From NCBI GenBank assembly GCA_965203295.1, contig CBDBCZ010000006.1, positions 1 through 64,000 on the forward strand: 64,000 nt of DNA. Reading direction: 5' to 3'. The notes under the pieces are model-generated. The model saw nothing but the letters and a program-made list of their open reading frames with translations, did no database searches and was not told the origin of the DNA. Positions within the stretch are counted from its first letter, which is position 1. Each line of letters starts with the position of its first letter. Positions 53,904 through 64,000 of this stretch are shown piece by piece. The stretch comes from Nitrospirales bacterium. Its GTDB lineage: Bacteria; Nitrospirota; Nitrospiria; Nitrospirales; UBA8639. Position numbers and translations under genes: made by a program.

Positions 53904-54012
53904 CTGTGAACTTATTGGGTATTTGCAGCGATTAAAAATCTTCGCAGATATTCCCTGTACAATCTCATTCCGGGTCAAGCTGTTCAGCTGTTTCTCCTCT
54001 CCTATCCATATA
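53904..54012 (-). pseudogene. Exon relic of a CACTA/EnSpm accessory (SAMD3-like) gene, N-terminal part
   Basis: AG/GT-bounded exon IWIGEEKQLNSLTRNEIVQGISAKIFNRCKYPISSQ. Confidence 0.45.
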
Positions 54013-54389
54013 CTGACAGGAAGTTGTAGATCATGTTTTATATACTCCAGCCCTCAGGGTAATATATAACATACAGCACTTCTATACATGCATGCAGTCA
54101 CTAGCATAGCGCGAGAGCCACTTGTTCAATATGGAGGCGTCTCCCGATGAGAGTAGCTAAAGTAGAGGGAGGAGCTGGGTCGTGGGGGCGGTGCTTATTA
54201 CGCCACTTCCGCCACGTGTAGCCGGCGACAGTTTCTCAGCGAAGCGACTGTTTTGTTTACAGCATTCCGTCCACTCGGGTAAACCAAGACAAGTCGGAGA
54301 ACCGCACAGAGCGATATATACTGTAGTACTGTAGCTACTAGCTAAGCGTCGGTTACCATGCACCCAAAGAACCAATCCGCTTAATAATA

Positions 54390-54511
54390 TAACAGATAAA
54401 CCGCGGTTGCCAGGGATTTATGGCCATAAACAGCCCTCGTCCTCGGGCTTCGCCCTCGGGCTAGGGCAGTTTATGGACCATAAATCCCTGGCTACCGCGG
54501 TTTACCTATTA
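54390..54511. repeat. ~120-bp imperfect palindrome with CCTCGGGCTTCGCCCTCGGG core
   Basis: TAAACCGCGGTTGCCAGGGATTTATGG pairs with CCATAAATCCCTGGCTACCGCGGTTTA. Confidence 0.85.
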
Positions 54512-55139
54512 AGTAACACTGCATTTACAATAACATCAATATGCTCAATCATTGTGCTTGAATTTCCGGGACGTTTGTGCTCGTTGTGAGCGTTTCTGAC
54601 AAGATGTATACACTGCATTTTATGACCTTTATGATTATGTTAAATCATTGTAGTATTTGAATTTCGGGAATGCTTCTGGTCATTGTAAGCGTTTTTGACA
54701 ACATAGACACTCTGTCTACATTTTCAATTCTTTATATGCTTAATCATTGTGTTTGAATTTGGGGAGATATTCTATTCATTGTTAGTCTTGAGTTTTAGTA
54801 TTAAGGCCGTGTTTCTCGACTTCATTTACTGTCTGTCTGTTAGTTACCCTTTACATGCTAAATCATTGTGCTTAAATTTTGAGAGTGTTTCTGCTCTTTG
54901 TAAGCGTTTCTGACAAGACGCATGCATCGGATTTTCAATGCCTTTTTATACTACATCATTGTGTTTGAATTTATGAATGCTAGGGTGGTTCCAAAACTAA
55001 TGCTATAGCAACATCTGCACAGCAAGTAGCTATACATTACAATTACAAAAGAATGTGTACAGTGCATTTACATTTTAACTAAAGTGTTTCAAACTAAAGA
55101 TACAAAAGGACTAAGCCAGGTGGCAGGTAAATAAATGGT

Positions 55140-55990
55140 ACAAACTAACATTTGTCAATATCACTGATGGTGCCAAGTAGTGTTTTGTTGAACTTTGTCC
55201 CAGTTGTTATTCCAAGCAGGAAGCGCTCCATAAAAAAAAAGTGTGTTCATCATACATGGTGTGGGATAGGCAATGTCGAAAACATAATACACTGCTATAA
55301 GGGCAACAATGGCCTTGTACAGCGAAGGCAACTCAGCCAACAGTTCTTTCTCCGCGACAAGGAAGAACTGCATGCCACCACTGCCAAACTGAATCAGGTA
55401 CGGTGTTGAAATGCCACCTGATATCTTGGTATCGAGATCTTCATTATCCTGGTTAAAGGAGAATTAAAAGCAACACATAATGAAAGTAATTCGAACAAAG
55501 AAACTCAAGCCACGCATATACATTGCGAGAGGGCACAGTAAAGATTTGGGGTCATTTACTTATCTTTACTCATTTCAGAGAGAGCTAATTATTAAAACTC
55601 TGAATAGATGTACACTGGTAGTTTGACAAATACACAACATGTTTTCTTGTATATCTATTGCTTAACTTTCAGATAACTAATACACAACATTCCAAGGCTC
55701 AAAAACACAGATAATCCATTTCATTACGCTTACTTTAAGTTCTGTCAGTAAGTGAACACTGGCATCCTTATTTCTCTTGTCGAGAGTACAAGTGTATGGA
55801 TAAAACTGCTAACTAACCATCAGCAGCTTCTTCATTCCCATCCAGCAAATGAAGCTGCGTCTGAATAGCTGCACTTCTTTTACTCTTTGCATACGTTATG
55901 ACTTTTGGTGGCCACTTGATCCACTCAGCCGCCAATTTTTCTTCGGGATCACCACGGAGACCAGTGATCTGGATGAAGTCATTGATGAGC
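55140..55990 (-). pseudogene. CACTA/EnSpm transposon accessory-protein (SAMD3-like) gene relic
   Basis: Exons LINDFIQITG..EWIKWPPKVITYAK and PYLIQFG..QFFLVAEKELLAELPSLYKAIVALIAVYYVFDIAYP..(fs)ERFLLGI. Confidence 0.7.
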
Positions 55991-58900
55991 TGTATAAAGG
56001 AATATACAAATGAATTTTTAGGTGGATTTATTTTATATTGTAACATATGAGGCATCGTACCGAGTGGGAATCTCAAATGTGACTTTCCAGAGCACTTGCT
56101 GGTCACACACATTTGTTGCCACCTCCCAAAAAATGCCCCAAAACAAGTTACAGAAAAGCAGGTAGGGATGGTAGCTATGCATTGCGCTGTGATGTGCGGG
56201 TGTATGTGCATGTGTTGTGGTGTGCATTGCTGCTTGTTTCATTGGTTTTGGGGAAGCGTTTTTTGGTGGAAGTGCATCCCTACATGACTAGATTTTGCAC
56301 TTTTTAGCAAAGTGCTAGTAAATGCAGGGCAATGTAGGGGGAGTCTGAGTGACAAGTGGCTACAATGACCGTTACAGTAAAATTGTTGCAGTAGCATCAT
56401 TGCATCTGGATCCCACATTAAAGAAACGATCTCAGCCTGGTATAATCATAGATGTGCAGTGATACCAATAGACTGATATGCATGTGATAATAATCAATAC
56501 ATGAACAAATAACTCCAAAGCTTCGGTGTTGACTTGCTTGGTACATATATTTATAGCACAGTGTACACATGCTGTTGAACAGTCCTCAGATCACAGTAAC
56601 TGAGAGGACATTAGTTCACTCATCAATGTGAGTACACGGGACATACCTTTACACTTCCCCCAAAAAACAACAAAACAAGCACCAGAAGGCATGCACAGAC
56701 TACGCACATATCACAGTGCGATGCATTTACCGCGTACCTACCATCCCTACATCTTTCCAACCACACCCACCACAAACCGTACCACACCCCCTTACACAGC
56801 ACCCTTCAACACACACCACCATCCACAATTATCACCACCTCTCACCATCCCACAACCACCCTCACATCCTCATCCACAACGATTAAATACTTCACAAAAC
56901 AACACCCCACACTACAAACTAACCCAGACCTCCACAGCACCACTGTACTCAGCTAAACCTCGCATCAATCCCTTCTGCCTAAATTTAATAGCTGAGTACG
57001 AGGCTAATAGAAATCACTAGTAAGCAAGATTTATACCTCAAAGTACTTCACAGTCTTCGGAGTTGACACCATGGGAATGAATATCCAGTCTGGGGAAGTA
57101 CAGCAAGCACACAAGCAAAAGTAAGTAAGGGGCAGGTAGTTAACAGGATGCTCGCAAGTACATAAACCGAAAACATACCCACCCACATAAATGTGATATA
57201 ATACTAATCTAAATATGGTCAGAGAAATTACGTCTCCGGTTAGTTCAAGAATAGGACAGTATTGGATACAAATGCTACTCCTCGGACAGTTGCAAGTTAA
57301 GTTAGTAGTTGCCAACACTGACTTAGCATACAGAATTGTATGACAAAAGTGTGGTATACCAGCACATACTTTCCGGGACCAACAGCTCCAAGTTCTCCTA
57401 GACACCTCCCAAAATCTTCTCGAAGCTCAATACTAGTGGCTCGCGGACCTTTAGAAACTGAGGACAAAGCAGCAATTTCAAGAACAAAACGTCAAGTATG
57501 GACTATGTCAGATAGACATAATTGCACTTCTTCATGAAGCGAAATCAACTTACTCTTATTACAATCTCTGTAATGATTGGATCAACGGTGTCACTTCCTA
57601 CCATGCACTTCTCCAACTCTGCCTGTATGAACAGAGCAGGAATTGTTTTAAAGCTTACATGAACATGCACTGTATGTACAGTTCATATATTGATAATAAT
57701 ACAAATAACTAAATACTGCACTAACTCGATTGGATCTCAACAGTCTGTGTAGTGCTTTCAATGCATCCATTCTCATGTCAGAACGCCCATGGCATGCCCC
57801 TCTTAGGACATGTTGTAGTTGCTGGTGAAGGCTGGAAAAGGATAGTAGCAACTATATAGGTTAATGCACGATTTAAGTCCAGCCAACTCATTCAGCGCAT
57901 GCTCCTACAATATTATGGGTTCTAGTGCAAATAGTAGTAGTGGTTTATATCAACAGCAGCTTACTAAGCTCCATTACACTGTTCCTTCTAGCTTCCACGT
58001 ACAAACCTCCAATTAGAATTGATGTAGCTATAATTAACAGCTGTACAAACCAAGTGAATGCAAAGCATTGCGTAGCCTCGTAAAAGTTTTAAAAGTTGAA
58101 TTGGATCATGGATATGTCATATGTGAACTGAAATGTTGTATTGAATCATGGATCCAAACAATATGTAGCATGTGGGCCGCACGCATGCATAAACATATGT
58201 ACACACACATATGTACACACGTATGTATGCACTGAGAAATTCTCAATTGAACACACTAGTGTGAATAACAATCCGTGACCTCATTTCCTGCTTCTACCTA
58301 TGACATCCCATTCACATGAACACTTCTGTCCTGGAACAAGATACCTTTTTGATGTATACGAGTGTTTCCTAAGCTCAGTGTTGATGCAAGCAAGAGACAG
58401 CACATCTGGCATGAAGTAGATCTCATCAAAGAAAGACCCAAGAACCTCTCTGAAAAAATTAAAACAGCAAATACTGAAACACATACATGGCATTTTATCT
58501 AGTGCTATTTTTGGTGAAGTTCCTCGAATATCAAGTACTCACTTGTTCTGAATTATAAGAAAATCAAAGATTTTTGATACAGTTGCTGAGTGGTGATCAG
58601 CAAAAGGAGAGAGTGTAACCACTATCTGACCAAACAAGGGACCCAAGGATTCCAGGTCCACACTAGAGGGAAACAAAGAACACCATACTCTTAAAATCAT
58701 GACGTTATTGTACTTTACGTATAAAGATTACATAGTCAAGTGTGGTATAGTAACAGCGTCATCGCGCCATGGGGAATCCTTTTTGGAATAGTTCCCATCC
58801 TTCTATAAGGGAATTATGGGGTATGCCCCACAGCAAATTATTACAAAACAACTGGCCAAAGATTGAATCTGGTGGGTTTTGGTAGCTTAGCCGACTACCA

Positions 58901-59245
58901 CAAGTTTGTGTCCAAACCACAGCACAGTAACATGTGTCAGCGCAGCTAAAACTAGAAGCGTTTATGTAGGTGTTGCGAGTACAATTGATCAGGTGCCATT
59001 GTACCTTGTTTTAATGCAGCATAATTTTTCAAACTCCTAAGGGCTATGAAGGGAAGTCAGCCCCCCCCCCCCCCCCCCCTCACCCCCCCATGTATGAAAC
59101 CATGCTAATAATTGGCACAAGTCATGTTCAGTGGTAACCGGATGTCTACAAAAGAGACTAGTGTTTCCATTTAAAAGTAGTAGAAATGAGTAATTCTTAG
59201 CCACACAGAACTATACAGAGAACTCACTGTATTTGAACTCGACTT

Positions 59246-59304
59246 TAGCATCTCAAGGGTAGGTAGCAAGTCTGCCAGATCTGCTACCTACCCTTGAGAT
59301 GCTA
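59246..59304. mobile_element. 59-bp perfect fold-back mini-element (TAG..CTA, Academ-like)
   Basis: 23-bp perfect arms TAGCATCTCAAGGGTAGGTAGCA. Confidence 0.7.
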
Positions 59305-60188
59305 CCTTCTCAGCTCATTTTGAGTGTTATTTCAGCTGAGAAGTTGAGTGAAACACCCAAGGATCAAACAGCTTTACAAACAGGACAGGGCAAACTAATG
59401 CAACTGCAGACTAAATGTACATGTACATATAACAGGCTAAGGCTGAGATTTGTTGTACACTTGCAGTTAACAGCTGTAACCTACTAAAACAGGATTAGCA
59501 TGGCTGTCTAGGACTAAACTTGCTGTAGTTTGGACTACAAACCTTTCAAAACTACTGGTAGACTACGTACATGCACAGTTGCATAGAATGTGTGTTAAGT
59601 GCGGAAATACAGACACCAAACAGACAGACAGACAAAAAAATGCAGAAAACTTGAAGGCATCATACGCTTTGAATGAACCCAGCTGGTAAAAAGCACTACA
59701 ACTTGAAACAACAAAGAGAGGACAGTATGAATTAGTTCTGCTATACAGTGGTCTAGGCACACGATACTAGATGTAGAAAGAAATGTACAGAAATACATGT
59801 ACATTTATGTAGGAAACCTTGCGAATAGTTGTGATACAGGGATCTCAATCCTTCGTATTGTAAGTCTGAATATTATTGAGAAGTTGAAAATATTTCCGAA
59901 AAAGAGCTTCCAGAAATTGAAACTTCCTTGAACTAGCAGCGACTAACCACACAAGACAGCCACTCAGTGCATTGCAAAAACAATATTTCCATGAGGTAAT
60001 TGTCAATGAGACCTGTTGTGAAGCTTCGTGTGAAGTTGGCATTCTGAACTTCATATACAATCCACTCATAAAGCTATAAGCATTCATGAGCCTTCATGAA
60101 GCTCATGTAGACACATGCAATTGAGTGCAATGTATACCATCCTTCGAGAAATATGTATGTGTACACATCTCTGAAGTTCATGTACACA

Positions 60189-61280
60189 TAGAGTAAGTTA
60201 CTGATGATCAGACACGCTAGCGCTGAGCATGTAAACTATCGGAAGTGGGCTGAGCACTCACTTGACAGTACAGAACCTTCGCACTTCAAGTTGAAATTTT
60301 GGTGTTCCTTCGTTGTTTGGCTTCCAAAGTTTGAATTCTGACAAAGCTATGATCAGACAAATGTATGTATTATTGGACTTCATTCCATGTTTCCTCCCTG
60401 AAGTAACTTCCAGTGACCTTTCTTTATATATTGGGAAGCCCCACTACTATGCTGCTGCACGCCAACCTTTTGCCATCGTAGCTGCTTTGAGCACTGAGGG
60501 GTGCTGCTGAATGTAGAGACGTACGTGTCACTCTCTCCACTATCGGACAGTGAATTTGTTTCTTTTTCGGTGTAGAGACCCCACAACACTCTCTAGTGCT
60601 AGGATGGGAATGTACAGACACTTAGAAACACAAAAGTTCAAGTCTGTTGTTTATACGTTGTGTCCTTCCTGAGATAGAACTGTTTTATCTGATTTCATCC
60701 ACTAAAAGCCTTAATTCAGCATCATAAGTTTTAAAATAAATGACTCTATCTCTCTCTATCTCGAGAACCATGCAATGTATAAACATCGGGCTTGCACTGT
60801 TGTGATGCTAAGCACCTGTACTTAACAACAATATCCAATTCCTTAGTGTTATAGAGAGTGTTTTTGGGTCTCTACACCAAACAAAGACGAAATTCTCTGT
60901 CCGACTACAGAGAGGGTGATACGGCTCTACATTCAGCAGCACCCCTCCCTGCTCAAAGCAGATACCATGGCGAAAAGTTGGCATGCAGCAGTATGGTAGT
61001 GGGGCTTCCAAATAAGGAAGGAAGGTCACACGAAGTTACTTTAGGGAAGAAACATGGAACGGAGTCCAACAATACATACATTTGTCTGATCATAGCTTTG
61101 TCAGAATTTAAACCTTGAAGGGTTATAGCTCCAGAACCAAGCAAGACGGAACACCAAACTTTCAATCAAAATTAATGTGAACGGTCTGTACTAGCGATCG
61201 AAGCCTCTGCTCACTTCCGGGAATTTATGGATTCAGTGCTAGCGCGTCTGAGTATACATGTACCTGGTGTTATTAACTCT
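60189..61280. mobile_element. ~1.1-kb fold-back element with ~400-bp diverged TIRs
   Basis: 60210-60605 matches the reverse complement of 60840-61250 (both give the mirrored ORF text NSDKAMIRQMYVLLD). Ends TAGAGT..ACTCTA. Confidence 0.75.
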
Positions 61281-61747
61281 ATTATGCCAACTGCTTTGGA
61301 CTGAAGCTTCACGTACATGGATATAGCTACATGTATCCTTTGTGAAGTTTCATGAAAGTTCACAAGTGAATATTTGCAATGAGAGTGGTTTTATGAAACG
61401 TTGTGAACAGTTTCGTGCAGCTCTCACAAATAATATTTGCTATGAAAGATATTTCTTCAGACTCTGACCTACGCCACTTCCACTGGTGGCACAGTAAAGA
61501 CAATGCCAACTCACCATCTGCTTCTCACTGTCCATTTGCAGTGGTTTCTCCTCTCCAGCCAACTGGTTCATCTCTGCAAGCATCTTTATCCCAGCCAGAA
61601 AATGCTCACAAGTCCAGAAAATGCTCACAACTACCAGAAAATGCTCATAACACTGGATAATGGTCACATAGAACGCACCAAACAATAGCAAGCTTATAAT
61701 ACAGAAATCATATAAGACAGAAATACGTATTATATACATAATTATCT

Positions 61748-63869
61748 ATTGTTATCCAGGGCAACTGGAGTCAATATATAAGGAAGCTGATGAATGTCTT
61801 GCAAGGTTCTTGCACCAGATCTTGCAGGATATTTCTATGAGTCACGCAAATTTTAACACAAGATTCTAACACCTTGCAAGATTTTTGTTGCATGATGAGA
61901 AGTTTTGCAAGGGCTTGCAAGAAATAAAATGCAAGATCATGCAAGAGGCCAAAATCCTTGTGAGTCCTGCTTAGGCAAGAAGTCTGCTAGATAACTTACA
62001 AAATTCTGCAAGAAAGCCATGTTAGAACATTGCAAGGCCTTGCAAGGAAACTCTGCATTTCACAATATGAGGATTCTACACAAGCACCTGATAAAATGGT
62101 TCTTTTTTGTCTGCCATCAAAATGAAACCCTTCTTCTGATGTAGTACCTCCACAAGAAACTGCAAAACATGTACCAAGATTCCCAGTTAAGGTCATATCC
62201 AATAGCAGACAAGGCCTACAAGTTAATGTACCTGACAAACATTGTCCTTGAACAGGGACAGCATCTTCCCAGGGGTTAGTGTGTGAGCTTTTGCTATTCT
62301 GGGAACCTGTGAAGAAAATAGCCATAAATAATACACTTGACATTTAAATGATATATACCTACAAATAGTTTACAATCTGACAGCAACTGTACATATTTAC
62401 AGTTTTTGAAGGAATTAATCACCTTTTTAATACATTCTGTGTTAGTGTATATATATGGACAATCATGTACATGTGTTTTACACAGTAAGTTAGACACACG
62501 TACATGCCCATACACACAACATCGCATACGAAGAGAAGGGAGAGAAATTTTTCTGTGTTGTATGATGAACTTACGTAGACGCGTTTGAATTTGGGAGCGT
62601 CTCATCTTTTCAGAGCTTCTGATAAGAGACATAACCAGCATACTTCCAATACTTGTTTCATATCCTAATATTTGAGTTTCAATTTCGGGAATGATTGTAC
62701 TTCTTATAAAACTTTCTGATATGATACATGCACTGCATTTTAAAAACCATTATAGGCAAAATTACTGTGTTTGACTTTAGGGAAAGTTTCACTCTTTGTC
62801 AGCGTTTTTGACAGGACAAACACACTGCATTTTATACCATTTTATCCTAAATCTTTGCATTTTAATTTCGGGAACGTTTCTGCTCATTGTGCATGTTTCT
62901 GTCGAGATATAACTTTATTTTCATACCCTTGTATGCTAAATCATTGCGTTTATACTTTGGGAACGTTTCTGCTCATTTCAAGCGTTTCTAACAAGACTAT
63001 ACACAGCATTTCACTACAATTATATCATGCTGAAGCATTGTGTTTTAAATTTCGGGAACGTTTCTGCTCTTCGTAAGCATTTCTGACAAAACACATGCAC
63101 TACATTTCCAATGCCTTACTCTATATCATTGTGTTTGAATTTTGGGAGTGTTGCTGCTCTTTGTAAGCGTTTGTGACAACATATATACACTGCATTAGCA
63201 ATAGCATTATATGTTCAATCATTGTGTTTGAATTTTTGGGACGTTTCTACTTGTTATGAACGTTTCTGACAAGTTATGTACACTGCATTTTAAAGACTCT
63301 TATATGGTTTGAAATTCAGTCACGTTGCTACTCGTTTTCAGCGTTTGTGACATGATTATAATGTCCACCGAATCTTCAATACACTTATATGATATGCTAA
63401 ATGATTGTGGTTATAATAATTATATCGGAAGCATTTCTGCTCTCCGTAAGCGATTCTGACGCCGTATTAACACTGCATTTTCAATGCCATTATATGCTAA
63501 CTATTGTGTTTGAATTTCGGGAGCGTTCCTGCTCTATGTTAGCGTTTGTGACAACATACATAAACTGCATTTTCAATACTTTTATAGGCTAAATTAATGT
63601 GTTTAGAATTCGGGCACGTTTCTGCTCATTTTGAACCTTTCGGAAAGCTTCTACTATTTGTAAGCATTTCTGATAGGACATATAAACTGCATTTCGAATG
63701 CATGCGTTTTTATGCTATGTCATTGTACTTACATTTCGGGAAGGTTTCTGCTCATTGTGAGCGTTTCTGGCGACTGCATTTTCAAAAATTACATAGGCTA
63801 AACCACTGTATTTGAAAATTGGGAGCATTTCTGCTATTTGTAAGCGTTCATAACAAGACACATGCATGC
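61748..63869 (-). repeat. Right arm of the ~2.1-kb inverted repeat
   Basis: Reverse complement of 51406-53528; its ~90-bp array continues to the window end. Confidence 0.95.
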
Positions 63870-64000
63870 TGCATTTTCAAAAGTTTTGTATGCAAATTCA
63901 TTGTGTTCAAAATTCGGGAGCATTTCTGTTCTTAGTAAGCATTACTGACAATATATTTATACACCGTCTTTTATATGCGAAATCATTGAGCTTGAACTTC

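Larger units (their letters stand above)
57037..62306 (-). pseudogene. ATR: ATR (PIKK kinase) HEAT/UME-region pseudogene fragment; exons 62306-62232, 62159-62088, 61652-61515, 58662-58543, 58449-58345, 57831-57726, 57622-57554, 57457-57370, 57089-57037
   Basis: GT-AG exons in collinear order: ..FKDNVCQ|FLVEVLH; EHFLAGIKMLAE..KQM; LGPLFGQIVVTL..IFDFLIIQN|EVLGSFFDEIYFMPD; CHGRSDMRMDAL; GSDTVDPII; FGRCLGELGAVGPG. These match my recollection of metazoan ATR (ICQFLVESLH, HEIYFLPD, HENVDVRIHAL, CLGELGAIDPG). Frameshifts and missing exons. Confidence 0.85.

Noticed and set aside
56628..57020. 130-aa Pro/Thr/His-rich ORF
   Set aside because: A by-product of C/A-skewed low-complexity DNA.
56940..57021. 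Helitron 3' end (hairpin + CTAG|T)
   Set aside because: Equally explained by a decayed ..CGAGGCTA MITE end; no 5' terminus was found.
58740..59770. Additional ATR exons (LFQKGFP; FTQLLS)
   Set aside because: Plausible by position, but too degenerate to define splice sites.

Overview
Eukaryotic (intron-containing) DNA, probably from a sponge or other early-branching animal; this is inferred from the protein and transposon families, not proven. Bases 1-~19.8 kb are an AT-rich satellite built from 163-bp and 85-bp monomers that share a head, with a 2,883-bp higher-order repeat and a diverged right edge. The remaining 44 kb is a pericentromere-like region of broken genes and nested mobile elements. 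Broken genes: two relics of a sponge-type multi-pass membrane protein family; a secreted alpha-carbonic anhydrase fused to two Cys-containing, bacterial-looking Ig/FN3-like repeats; an apolipoprotein-L-like gene whose 3' exon lies upstream, inverted and duplicated; and a multi-exon ATR kinase pseudogene fragment, part of which is copied into a ~2.1-kb inverted repeat. Mobile elements: a 355-bp tRNA-Thr-containing unit with a 73-bp terminal redundancy, a DIRS/Ngaro tyrosine-recombinase retroelement, LINE RT fragments, CACTA accessory-gene relics, and Ginger1, AcademH-like, piggyBac and pogo-like MITEs with visible target-site duplications. No clearly intact protein-coding gene was found, and most ORFs in the supplied track are spurious or pseudogene fragments. 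All homology calls are by eye from remembered family motifs; no search was run.
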